DNA from: Octopus bimaculoides
Taxonomy: Eukaryota
Direction of reading: 5' to 3'
Length of the DNA: 64,000 bases
Assembly (NCBI RefSeq): GCF_001194135.2
Contig: NC_068985.1
Location: forward strand, 122,253,052-122,317,051
The notes beneath the pieces were generated by a model. That model ran no database searches. It saw nothing but the letters and a program-made list of their open reading frames with translations, and had not been told where the DNA came from. Below are positions 49,901 through 61,046 of the stretch, one piece after another (position 1 is the stretch's first letter; each line of letters opens with the position of its first letter). Made by a program: the position numbers and the translations under genes.

Positions 49901-52900
49901 GTGTTTTGCCTGGAAGCAGCCAAAAAAGACACACTCTAAACAAGCATGGAGCCTTACAGAGCCTTGATGGCAGGTATGACAGAGACACTTCTCAGCCTGT
50001 AAGATAAAAATTGAAATTTTTCTCTGTCAATAATAGCAATATGGAGAAGAGAAAGGTAAAGATAAAAATGACAATACCTGACTGTGACAATGTCTTCCAA
50101 TCTTCTGTTTCTTGTCTGAGTCAGTTTGAGAATAGTAAAGTAAGATAACATTTAATTATTAAAGACAAAATGCTCCAACAATATCAAACAAGACTTCCAA
50201 GGTATCTTATTTATGATAGTATGGATTAATAATAATAATAATCTTTTATTATAGTTAAGCCCTTTAACATTGGAGACAGTAATATGATGAGAAGGATAAA
50301 AAAACTGATGGATTTAGATAAAATAAAACAAAAACGAAAGTAGTAACTGCAACAAGGAAATGGTCTTGTTCAGGAGGGACAATTACCTTCAGTCAATCAA
50401 AGAAACCCTACAGATTCAGGATGACTTCACTTTCAAGAACAAATGCCCTTTACCAGTTGTATTCTCTAGCCTAGAGGCATACACTAGCAGTAAATTTATC
50501 CACTTGGGCCATTCCTGCCACTCTTACTCACTCTTCCACAAGAAGGACATGCAAAAAGTAGATGAAGGCTTGGCTGAAGAAGAAAGAACCTATCTTCAGG
50601 TCTTACAGTTGTGTCCATCACAACCAGTTTTGCTATAACCACCAGACAGAGGTAAGACTGCCTGCTCTTCTCAATCAAAAGGAAGCTTCAGGGTGATCCT
50701 TATAATAGATTTAGCATCTCAGGCATGACTGGATGTTGGTACTTCCATGCCTGTAGAGTTTGTTTTTAAACTAGCAATGTCCCTCGCTAGCACTGCTAGA
50801 CTAGGGATTTCTGGAAGCTACCAATATCTCCAGGATGAAAGCCAACAGACCTGCCATTTGATCTCTTTACTCAACATTTCAGGAATAGTTTCCTCTCAGC
50901 TTATTTTAGCATGAGATTAGCCATTTTGTTTATAACCTAATTCCAGCTTCTATCTATCTGGAGTTCCAAATCAAACTAGATCCCAAGTAAATTAACCAGT
51001 TTGTCACTCCAGCATCCCACAGCACTAGTTGGCAGCATGGAATTAACTTCCTGTGTCAAGCTACAAGTCTACCAACTTGTTTGGGCTGATTTTGCTCCTG
51101 TTAGCACATCATATTCCTTTAGAATGGTGCTGATCATCATCACCTCTGTACTGCCTCAAAATGTGTACCTTAGGTAGGCTGACAATTTTTAGCAAAACAA
51201 ATCACGCCATGAGATTAGAAAATGGAAATTTTGACAAATGCTGTCTGCATCGATCCTTATACTGTGCATTAAACTTAGGTTTTCTGATGTAGGGAAAATA
51301 TGTTAGCATGAAATAATATTAGATATATAAAAAAAAGATTTGATTTTAAAAAATGTTTCGGCATTTGTTACTTTTAACCTATTCTCGAATAATGTTTTCC
51401 ATCTTTGTTATATTGCAGGTGGGAAGCGCCTGTGATGGTCATGCATTTGCCGAGACATTTTTGTCGTGTGTGAGATGAAACGACACGAGAAAAGAAAAAA
51501 AAATACAGCTTCCTATGTATAATAAAGAGATCTCTCCAGAAGACAAACAGCATGGAAAATAGTTAATTGGATGATGTTTATGTCTTTCTCAATAGATGCA
51601 AATTAATTAGTTAAATGAAATGAAATTAAATTCGGAGAATCGACGCCGGGTACGAATTTTGGTTCTCGATTAACGGAAACCTCTTGGTATAACGGTTGTT
51701 ATTACATAGAGTTTAAAAAGCAGCAGAACCTAGACAAGCAGAGAAACCTTACCTATGTTTACATATAGCTCTAGCTCAAGAACGAGGGGTTCTTAGTCAC
51801 ACACACCGAGATTACGTTCAAGTCAAACAAGTCAACTTGAGTAAGTCAATGTCCTTCCAAACACTAGGCTTATCTACCTATAAATCCACAGTCTGTGTGA
51901 TTTTACAAACATACTCTCCTTCCACACTGAAATCTCTGCATCGCCGATCTTCCCATACAGTATGTCAACAGAGCATTCTTTGTAAGCCAACACTTTCTCT
52001 ACAGTCAAACCTCGAGTCTTATTCTCAGCAACTACATTACGAGCGAATCCTTATTTCCCGACATGACCAGTGAAGACAACAAAGCATTTATATAAAAGAA
52101 GCATAGCAATATTTTAAAATTTCAAATACACCTGAATAAAATGGTCGTCAAATGATTAGAAAGAGAAATCGAAAAAATGAACTGTTGTTTGACATTTGAC
52201 CTAAACGACGGAGACAGACCTAGTACTAATTGTTGACTCATTACCATTCGTTATTTTTCTTGTTGTAGACCTTTATCCACACCGATCTGACGTAGTTTTA
52301 TTATTTTTTTTTTTAATCAGAAATCATTATTATTATTATTATTATTGATTTTAAATAATTTGATATCACATATATTAAATATAAATTATATTACATAATA
52401 TAAAATAATATATACACATTAATTATATATGCGTAAGTAAATCACATAAAATGCATTTATAACATGGTATTTTAGGGAGATGAGGAGATTGGAAGTTGTG
52501 ATGTTCATCGGTATGCCTATAGATCTAGCCTTCCACACATACTGCAATATAAGCCGCGTGAAACGATTTCAAGTAGGAATCGAAACCGAATCGCAGAGGC
52601 AATTCTCTAAAGAATTTATAGCTGAATGCACACACTACTACGGCAATTGTCAATTAGGATGTATATCAATAATACATCTCTGATAATTCCTTCGTTAGTG
52701 TTACTAATATCACTGGTGAAATGTGGTGCGACGTTAAGGGAGTTTTCTATGAACGTGTGTGAGCGATCCGGTTTCAAACTCCTTGTTGGAAGAGTTTCAT
52801 AGCAATTGCGACCAAACAGAAAACAAACGTCATAACATCCTGTATTTGCCACTTTCCCTAAACAGGTCGAGTTTCTCGACTATCTACGAACAACAACAAA

Positions 52901-53425
52901 AAAGTACAAAACAAAATAAATAATCTTGATTATATCAAGCGTAACCGTCTCGTCTGTCAGTATCTGAAGTTCCATCCACAGTCAAGCTTTGAATATATTT
53001 GACCCTTCAGCAACGTGAAAATGGATGCTGTAGTGATGTATGGAATGTTTGAAATAAACAGAACTTCGTCCAAAATGTGTCAATAAAAATACATAACGTT
53101 AATATACTTTGTTTTGAGACAGAGAAACCAGTCTTTTATTGTTTTTTTTAAAATAAAAATAACTCAAATTTTATAATCTATTCAGTTGAAAGAGAAAAAA
53201 TTTTTTTCTCAATTAAAGAAAGAAGATCTGAAAGATGAGCTGTATCTCCTCCGTAGAGTAACAACTAAAGATATTGCAGCCAAAAACCCAAGAAATTCGT
53301 TTCAACTAGTATCGTATCACGATATATACATTTCTTCTCTTTTGTAATTGAATTGATATTTTTTTTAAAAATCAGTTACCAGAAATTACTATTATAATTA
53401 TTATACTAACAAGTTATATATACAT

Positions 53426-53462
<37 letters not shown>

Positions 53463-53593
53463 AATAAAACTAAATGTCATTGTTTACTTGTAATCAATAA
53501 AGGAAGTCTTGCGACACAAGACAAAGATAACTAGTATAGGGAGTAGAGGAATGAGTGGGGGGCATTTGAAGTTAAAAAGTACCACTGGTACAG

Positions 53594-53629
<36 letters not shown>

Positions 53630-54480
53630 TATGTATATATAATTTTATTATATTACAGGCACACACATGTAATATTATGACAAACGGAAAAATATTTTCT
53701 ACTTTGTTATTAACTAATCACCTTCCACATAATTTTATTTCTGAAGTACGAAGAAAAGGGCATTGTTTATTTTGTTATCAATTTATTTACTTTTTCTACA
53801 GATAGCAAAATAATGACACACGCACACACACACGTGTGTGTGTGTGTGTGTCTTCGTCTCTCTCTCTCTCTAAATATATATATGTATGTATATATATATC
53901 ATTTCATTGATGTTTATATATCTACAAGACATAGTCACGTGGATGCTATCCTTTAACATATAGTATGTTTTTCTTTGTGTGTATGTATATATATATATAT
54001 ACATATATATACATACACACACTATACATCGTTTTCCTTTTTCATTTCCTTCGGATTTTAATCAAATCTGCCGTCTTTGTATATCCCCTTTATACTTACT
54101 TCTCAGGTGTTCCCACAATAAATATTTTATGAAGTATAATAAATAAAACTACAGACAGCGACAGGAAACTTTGGCCTTTAGATGACAATGCAGAAAGCGA
54201 TCCCCTTTAAATAAATTTACTACAATATATATAATCATACGCACACATATATAAAAGGAAATATACACAATAGTGTAAACAATCCTAAAATATAGGCACT
54301 CAATACAATAAACTACACACACAATATATATATATATTACTTCGATTCACGAGAAACAATCAAAATATGTGTGAAATATAATAGATTTCAAAGCGATTTA
54401 TGTGAGATAATACAAATTATTGGTACACACAGGCTGATATATATATATATATATATATGGAGAAGCAGGTTACTGTCAAT

Positions 54481-54530
<50 letters not shown>

Positions 54531-55143
54531 TCACGCACACAACAAAATCGCAGTCTGTGACGAAATCTGTAAAAATTCTACGATTTCAAAGACAAATTGT
54601 TATCTATTTACACACAAAAGGGAAAAACACGTAAATATTTGTCAAATTATAGGAAGTGAAATGATGCATGACAATAATTTAAAGAACAAAGTTAATAACC
54701 AAGAAATATGACTACCCACATATGTATATGTTCATACGGATATATTTGTATATTATGATGTATGTATAAATGCGTATATAGTGTAAATCAAGCTAGGAAG
54801 AAAGAAATGTTTGAATGTCAATATGAAGTTTTAACAGAGACAGCGGCTTCCCTAGATCAGGGAGACAACAACATCCGGATAAGGCGACTAGAACATAGTT
54901 TGCGGAAACCCTTTAGAAATGTATGCAGAAGGGGACATGATCAAGTATAGCAGTGGATAGTTGTGATGAGACAGTGGTAGAAATATAGTCATTAGACCAT
55001 ATTACCGAGATATTTGTACATACCTTGATTCTTCGGGCATCAGCTGACGAACAGGCAATGAAGTAAGCATGGATTATCCGGAATGGTTCGGTTCCCTTGG
55101 CTGATTTGAAAGCACTGAGATGCGGGCAGCCATTCACGTTCAT
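20297..55143 (-). CDS. USP22: Ubiquitin carboxyl-terminal hydrolase 22 (SAGA DUB module; nonstop/Ubp8 orthologue), whole spliced CDS: 13 exons, 561 aa
   Basis: Exon lengths 120+133+114+102+173+148+103+251+58+127+164+150+43 = 1686 nt give one open frame. It contains ZnF-UBP, Cys box [19 protein letters not shown], His box GHY, KCDD and the C-terminus [13 protein letters not shown], collinear with human USP22 as I recall it. Confidence 0.97.
20476..21345 (+). mobile_element. Decayed mariner-like element, 5-prime part
   Basis: TIR-like GAGGTGCTATCAAAAAGTTCC and a degraded MEK... start. Interrupted by SINE C. Confidence 0.5.
20522..20897 (-). mobile_element. Full-length tRNA-derived SINE, family C, with a 10-bp TSD
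   Basis: Head GTGGAGGCGCAATGGCCCAGTGGTTAGGG...GTTTCGATTCCC. TSD ACAATGTACA at 20512-20521 and 20898-20907. Confidence 0.9.
22090..22900 (-). mobile_element. Helitron RepHel pseudogene fragment
   Basis: [37 protein letters not shown]; [21 protein letters not shown]; [21 protein letters not shown]. Confidence 0.88.
22934..23907 (-). mobile_element. Non-autonomous Helitron with both termini intact
   Basis: 5-prime A/TCTATA(TCTATA)CTATATATAAAA at 23907 or 23901. 3-prime hairpin CCCGAGCAACGCCGGG, 8 nt, then CTAG/T at 22934. Internal RepHel remnant [17 protein letters not shown]. Confidence 0.85.
24455..24604 (-). CDS. USP22: USP22 exon 12, His box ([50 protein letters not shown])
   Basis: Acceptor ctctctattag, donor GTAAGT, 150 nt. 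Contains the catalytic His and Asp. Confidence 0.98.
24690..25020 (+). mobile_element. Decayed RTE ORF2 C-terminal fragment
   Basis: [23 protein letters not shown] resembles the RTE W.GHV.R.D region. Confidence 0.5.
25334..25497 (-). CDS. USP22: USP22 exon 11 ([54 protein letters not shown])
   Basis: Acceptor actttcag, donor GTAAGA, 164 nt. Confidence 0.96.
25617..25990 (+). mobile_element. SINE family A, full length, CpG-decayed
   Basis: Collinear with the copy at 2612-3020. Confidence 0.85.
28062..28188 (-). CDS. USP22: USP22 exon 10 ([42 protein letters not shown])
   Basis: Acceptor tatttttcag, donor GTAAGG, 127 nt. Confidence 0.98.
31746..31803 (-). CDS. USP22: USP22 exon 9 ([19 protein letters not shown])
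   Basis: Long polypyrimidine tract + gctgcag, donor GTAATT, 58 nt, phase 1 to 2. SLVECLKR matches the conserved TLTDCLRR motif. Confidence 0.92.
34200..34980 (+). mobile_element. RTE LINE 3-prime end (ORF2 tail, tandem-repeat 3-prime UTR, (GAT)n tail)
   Basis: [39 protein letters not shown], five 64-66 bp repeats, ending GGACGTTAAACGATGATGATGA. Confidence 0.92.
36766..37016 (-). CDS. USP22: USP22 exon 8 ([16 protein letters not shown] followed by a Pro/Asn/Thr/Ser-rich insertion)
   Basis: Acceptor tttttcag, donor GTAAGT at 36765, 251 nt, phase 2 to 1. The plus-strand Leu/Val ORF in the track is its antisense. Confidence 0.93.
38088..39692 (-). mobile_element. 5-prime truncated RTE LINE with reverse transcriptase remnant
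   Basis: [24 protein letters not shown]...LYLAFVD*EKAFDR; [10 protein letters not shown]; [10 protein letters not shown]; ELVDSFHYL; RTE tail at 38088. Confidence 0.93.
40559..40661 (-). CDS. USP22: USP22 exon 7 ([34 protein letters not shown])
   Basis: Acceptor tatttacag, donor GTATGT, 103 nt. Confidence 0.97.
41607..41754 (-). CDS. USP22: USP22 exon 6 ([49 protein letters not shown])
   Basis: Acceptor tttcag, donor GTAAAC, 148 nt. Confidence 0.98.
41860..42190 (+). mobile_element. SINE family A, full length
   Basis: Collinear with 2612-3020. Lies immediately upstream of exon 6 in transcript orientation. Confidence 0.8.
45869..46041 (-). CDS. USP22: USP22 exon 5, Cys box ([31 protein letters not shown]...[12 protein letters not shown])
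   Basis: Acceptor tttttatag, donor GTAATG, 173 nt. Contains the catalytic Cys. Confidence 0.98.
47122..47223 (-). CDS. USP22: USP22 exon 4 ([34 protein letters not shown])
   Basis: Acceptor catttcag, donor GTAAGT, 102 nt. WEP motif and basic NLS-like stretch. Confidence 0.95.
48800..48913 (-). CDS. USP22: USP22 exon 3 ([38 protein letters not shown])
   Basis: Acceptor ttttcag, donor GTAAAC, 114 nt. End of ZnF-UBP. Confidence 0.96.
49864..49996 (-). CDS. USP22: USP22 exon 2 ([44 protein letters not shown]), ZnF-UBP
   Basis: Acceptor tttttatcttacag, donor GTAACA, 133 nt. Not shown in the ORF track. Confidence 0.96.
55024..55143 (-). CDS. USP22: USP22 coding exon 1 ([40 protein letters not shown])
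   Basis: ATG at 55143 (aaaATG), donor GTATGT at 55023, phase 0. Resembles human GCSHLGSFK...ARKRK. Confidence 0.9.
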
Positions 55144-56078
55144 TTTAGGGGCTTTGTGGTGTTGTCCCCGGTGTGATTGGTATTGCTGATTGGCCTGCTG
55201 TCGCTGCTCATGTCGGCCGGACCTTGGTGGGCACGGCCTGCTGTTGACCCGCACGGGGCTGACTGTGGCCAGGCCGGGCACACACACAGAGCCTTGCGAA
55301 GCCAGGACTCCTCCCACCTATACTCACTACAGATTGAGACAACGGGGGTAGTAAAGATCTCCCTAAAACACAGGATACACTATACAGTGAGGGGCTTTAA
55401 GCTAACTCAGCTGATGTTCTTCTTGCAATCCGTTTCCTAGAGTGGCAGGGGAAGCTAACCACCCCCCCGACACAACACTGTCCTACCACCACCCTGTTAG
55501 AGATATTGGTAGTAGTAGTCGGTGTGTGCTGGTGCTGCCTAGTATCACAATGGTAGGACTACTGGCACCAGACATTGGCAGTGGGAGTACTGATCAGAGC
55601 GGTGGTAGGAGAAGTTGTAGCAAGCGAGGTAGGAGGGCTGCTAGTAAAAACTGTGGTGAGAGTGGCAGTTACGTTATGACACTTTATCAAAAAAAAAAGA
55701 TGGGAGAAAAATAAACGAGTGTCGGTTAAGAGATAACAGTAGTAGATGGACGTTGTTGGAGTAGTGGTAACAGTAGTAGTGACCGGCTGACGGAGTAGGA
55801 GGTATTCGCTCCCTCCTACCACAGTAGTAAGGTCACTTAGTAAGGAAGAAAAAGAAGAGGAAGAAACAACGCCAATGCAGGAGGGGAGGAGGAAACATGG
55901 TATGTACTTGTTAAGAAAAAAAAGATATTTTTCGAATGAGTAGTAGTGACAGTGTTTTCAATAAATAATAAAAAGAGAGAAAGAAGGAAAGAGTAATAGA
56001 TAGATCCAAAGAGAGCTGTAATAGTAGTAGTAGTAGTAAGAGGAATTGTCTGTCTGTGTGTCCATTCATCAGTCAACA

Positions 56079-56205
56079 AAGAGATGCGCATCTCTTGATT
56101 TACCAATCGGCTTTGCGCACATGCTTTTACACTTCCGTTTCCGGTTGAGTGTTATCTGTGGTCAAATGAAAAACATGCTGCACTTCCGCCACTTTCAATA
56201 TGGCG
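56079..56205. promoter_or_regulatory. Probable housekeeping-type core promoter upstream of USP22
   Basis: In about 130 bp: an 18-bp palindrome AAGAGATGCGCATCTCTT (56079-56096), CCAAT (56103), NRF1-like TGCGCACATGC (56114), ETS-like ACTTCCG/TTCCGG (56131-56145, 56182) and YY1-like CAATATGGCG (56196). About 0.95 kb upstream of the ATG. Confidence 0.65.
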
Positions 56206-56247
56206 TACCTTTATTACATAGCATGCTGGGACATAACATATTCAATT

Positions 56248-56292
<45 letters not shown>

Positions 56293-56362
56293 ATATATAG
56301 ATATATTTGAAAATTTTTTATCATTTTAAAAACATCCTCAAATTTGAGTATTTCATTATAAA

Positions 56363-56755
56363 NNNNNNNNNNNNNNNNNNNNNNNNNNNNNNNNNNNNNN
56401 NNNNNNNNNNNNNNNNNNNNNNNNNNNNNNNNNNNNNNNNNNNNNNNNNNNNNNNNNNNNNNNNNNNNNNNNNNNNNNNNNNNNNNNNNNNNNNNNNNNN
56501 NNNNNNNNNNNNNNNNNNNNNNNNNNNNNNNNNNNNNNNNNNNNNNNNNNNNNNNNNNNNNNNNNNNNNNNNNNNNNNNNNNNNNNNNNNNNNNNNNNNN
56601 NNNNNNNNNNNNNNNNNNNNNNNNNNNNNNNNNNNNNNNNNNNNNNNNNNNNNNNNNNNNNNNNNNNNNNNNNNNNNNNNNNNNNNNNNNNNNNNNNNNN
56701 NNNNNNNNNNNNNNNNNNNNNNNNNNNNNNNNNNNNNNNNNNNNNNNNNNNNNNN
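56363..56755. other. Assembly gap (N run) next to the promoter
   Basis: 393 Ns. Confidence 1.
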
Positions 56756-58734
56756 ATATATATATAACGAAATAGAATTAAGGGTTAAAAGATGCTTATA
56801 CTTTATTTTCCGAAAGCCATGGACACAAAAAGAAAAAGAAATAACCACTTCGCCCAGAAATCGAAACCTAATCACAAATTCGGAGCGATTCGTAGTTAGG
56901 TTGTTCCATAAATTCCCTGGTTTTCTCCAACCAATTAATATTAAAACATTTTAAATTACTAATGTAATAAATTACATAATGGCTTTTCTAAATTCAGAGA
57001 GCAGCGGCCAAATTCCATCTAAATAGATTTGTAGAAATTATAAAACGATGAATGTCTAATATGAATTATTGGAGCAGTGCCAGCTATGAGTCATCTATTT
57101 TGACGACAACAGATATTCTTCCATCGATTGTAACCAATCTTATTTTAAATATTGGAATTTTTTTCGATATTAATTTTATCAATTTTTAAACGCTTTATGG
57201 TTTACATATATTTCTGAATATTGATACCCAACGTAATTTTACAAGTACAAATTACATACAACACCGGTCTACATATTATCCATCAAACGGGTAATGTTTA
57301 AATGTCATCATATTCGCAGATGAAAAAACACGAACCTTTTGATTGATAATGATTTTTCCTTCTTCACGGAGAGGAAGAAATAGCTAAAGAACCAAAAAGG
57401 TTATATATATATATATATATATACGTGTGTGTGTGTGTGTGTGTTACACATGCATATAAATGAAAATAAAATTATATAATGATATATAATATTTTATTAA
57501 TATTTTATGTAAACATGTATAAAATTATATATTTCTGTTATTTTACCACTCAGAACTTGACACGATTAAAGAGAGATAACTCAGTTAACTGATTAAATCA
57601 TAACTAAAAAAAAATTGACTAAAAGCTCACGTTGTGTAGAATGTGTTAGAAGTGTGTGTGCGCGTTTATCGGCGCATGCGCACTTTTATGAGTAGAAACG
57701 TAAGAAAAGAGCACTCAATACATTGTGTGCAGAAAATATTTGTAAGATAAACAGTTGTCGGCGAGTCAGCAGCAACTGTTTGTCTATACGCATGTACCCA
57801 CGCACGCATACATACATACATTATATATTCATGCATACATACATATGCGCGCGCGTAAACATACATATTATGATATGTTCAATTAACGTCCATAGTCCAT
57901 GCTGGCATGGGTTGAACGGTTCGACAGGAGCCGGCGAGCGTCGGAAAGAATTGTCTTGGGCTCCAGTGTTTGCTTTGGCATGGTTTCTACCACTGAATGC
58001 CTTTCGTAATGCTAATCACTTTATATAGTGTATTGGGCATTTTTTGTTTTTGTCTTTTGTGGCACTAGCATAAGTGAAGTCATCAAATAAATCACAAGAT
58101 AAAACCTCTTGATAGTGTGTGTATGTGGGGAGGGGGGCGCAATATCGAGGGAGGTGGCTTTGTGGTATGTAGACTCGATAAAGTATAATAGGGAGATAGG
58201 AACCGGTGTCTGGCTGTAGAAGAGATGCCTGGCTATCCCTGCTTGAAGGGGAGAAAGGATGGCGGGGACACACGGTCAATGTAAAAGGTGTATAAATAGG
58301 GACAATATGAGTGCGTGTGTGTGTATATGTATATATGGTGTGTGTGTATGTATGTCTGCATGCATGCATGTATATATATATTTTTCATGATGGCTTGGTT
58401 TAAACATGTTATCAATTAAACCACTGCCCTCTTCAATATGCTGGAGACTACATCTTACTTGTGAGTAGAAACGTAAGAAAAGAGCACTCAATACACTGTG
58501 TGTAGAAAATATTTGTAAGATAAAGAGTTGTCGGCGAGTCAGCAGCAATTGTTTGTCTATACACATGTACCCACGTACGCAAACATACATTATATATTCA
58601 TGCATACAAACATACATATGCGCGCGCACACATACATATCATCATGTTCAATTAACGTCCGTAGTCCATACGACTTTGGCATGTTTGCTAGGGATAGATT
58701 CTCTTCCTATTGTGAGTCACTTTACAAAGCTATT

Positions 58735-59125
58735 CTTTTACTTGTTTCAGTCATTTGACTGCGGCCATGCTGGAGTTTCGCCTTTAGTCAAACAAATCGA
58801 CCCCAGGATTTATTCTTTGTAAGCCTAGTACTTATTCTATCGGGTCACTTTTTTGCCGGACCGCTAAGTTACGGGGGATGTAAACGCACCAACATCGGTT
58901 GTCAAGCGATGGTGTGGGGACAAACACAGACACACAAATATACACACACATATATATATATACGACGAGCTTCTTTCAGTTTCTGTCTACCAAATCCACT
59001 CACAAGGCTTTGGTCGGCTTGAGGCTATAGTAGAAGACACTTGCCCAAGGTGCCATGCAGTGGGACTGAACCCAGAGCCATGTGGTTGGGAGGCAAGCTT
59101 CTTACCACACAACCATGCCTGCACC
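58735..59125 (-). mobile_element. SINE family A, full length, CpGs retained
   Basis: Reverse complement of the 2612-3020 type. Confidence 0.88.
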
Positions 59126-59844
59126 TAAACATAATGAGCTGCATTTTATTGTGGTGCCAGTAGTAGAGATCCTCTGAAACACTAAAGAATCTTCTATATA
59201 TATGGTGGCTCTATTCATTTGCTGAAAACTTTACCAAATGGACCAGGTGTATTTTATATCACATCTGCAAAAGAGTTCTACCTATCCAAAATTACATGCC
59301 AAAGCATTTTTCACACTTAGTTGGAAAAGTGCATTGGCATGAAAATCAATGTCTGTGAATTACTCTTCTAGTATTCTCAACAAAAATACGATTTTGTGTG
59401 TATGTGTGTACACACATATACATGTATACTCATACTTGCATGTTCACTTCTTCCTATTTATACCTTATAGAAGGCTCCGACAAGCATACAGTTTAAGCTG
59501 CATGCTGATTAGTCAAAACCGTATTTGAAAAGTTTAGCTTATCAGAGCCTTCAAAGAGGTATAAAATGGAAGAAGTCAGGCATTTTGCTGCAGTTGTCAA
59601 GCATTCAGCTCAACTGTCAGTCAATACATTTTGAAATTTGATGATTACTATGAACATATGAAAGCACTAATTGAACTTTATGACCATTACTAAATATTTT
59701 TTTAATGTTTAATGCACTTTAACATTGCAAACATTAAAAAAAAATATATAATAACAAAAAACGTGAAAATCAGACCATGTTGTAACTTAATTGAACTGAT
59801 ATATTATTCTATACACATTTACACAAATTCAGAAATATATATAT

Positions 59845-60430
59845 ATCATCATCATCATCATCATCATCGTTTAACATCCATTGTCCATGCTGGCATGGGT
59901 TGGGTGGTTTGACCAGGGTTGGCAAGCTGCAAGGCTGCACCAGGTTCCGGTCTGGTTTGGTATGGTCTCTACAGCTGGATGCCTTTCCTAATGCCAACCA
60001 CTCTGAGAGTATAATGGGTACTTTTACGTGTCACTGGCATGGGTGCTATTTGCATGGCACCAGTATTTGTCACAACTGAGATTTTATTTGGCTTGATGGG
60101 TCTTCTTTTCAAGTACAACATAATGCCAAAGGTCTTGATCATTTGTCATTGCCTCCTTGAAAGGAGCTTTTCACATGTCACCAGCATCAACCACTTTGCC
60201 TCCATGAAGCCCAATGCTCAAAAGATGCTTTTTATGTGCCACTGGCAAAGGTGCCAGTCACGTCATCCATGACTACAATTTCGCTAGGCTTGATGGGTCT
60301 TCTCAAGCATATCTCCAAAGGTTTTGCTCTCTAGTCATTGCCTCTGTGAGGCCCAAAGTTTGAAGATCATGCTTCACCAACTCGTCCCATGTCTCCCTGG
60401 GTCTACCTCTACCACAGGTTCCCTCCACAG
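59845..60430 (-). mobile_element. RTE LINE 3-prime end
   Basis: (CAT)n tail + GTTTAACATCC...CCATGCTGGCATGGG. Same internal layout as 38088-38560. Confidence 0.85.
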
Positions 60431-61046
60431 TTATGTGTCATCAACATTTTTGGCCTCTTGCTCTATTCCCCTCCACACATCTTTTAACATAGTCTTATAC
60501 AAGTTATTAAGATAGAAGATATGCAAGATAGGAGGAACAAACTTTTAATGTTTGTTATAATATTCAATTTATAATATTCAATTCAATGTGAATTTTAGCA
60601 TTCACATTATTCCGTCAAAAGTAATGTTTATTTATTCACATTTTTTTGAACTATGCATTATCTTGTAGCCTCAAGATTTCAATGATGTGATTGTTTATTT
60701 TTAGAATGACATTATAGGATAGGTGTGAGATGCCAGAACTGGCCAGTTTGAACATAAAACAAGTACAATATTTTGGCCAGGTATGACTGGTTTAAATGCT
60801 AAAGGGTTGAAAGTCTTTCACCCTAGTAACTCATGTGCTAATTAACCCATTGCTGGAACCCTAACACATGTTACCACTTCAGATCAGAATAGGCCCAGAA
60901 ACAATGGTGACTAACAGGTGGTTTCACACTCCTTAAATCCTGAAGCTCCCTTACTGTATGTTTTGTTTTATGTAAGTATTCTCTTGCATATAGTTACGTA
61001 TCTAGACATGCTCATATACACTTAAATGATAAACTTCTGGGAAGTT

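Noticed and set aside
50480-50700. [11 protein letters not shown] Cys motif considered as a USP22 zinc-finger exon
   Set aside because: Exon 2 was found at 49864-49996. This segment looks more like a LINE C-terminal remnant.
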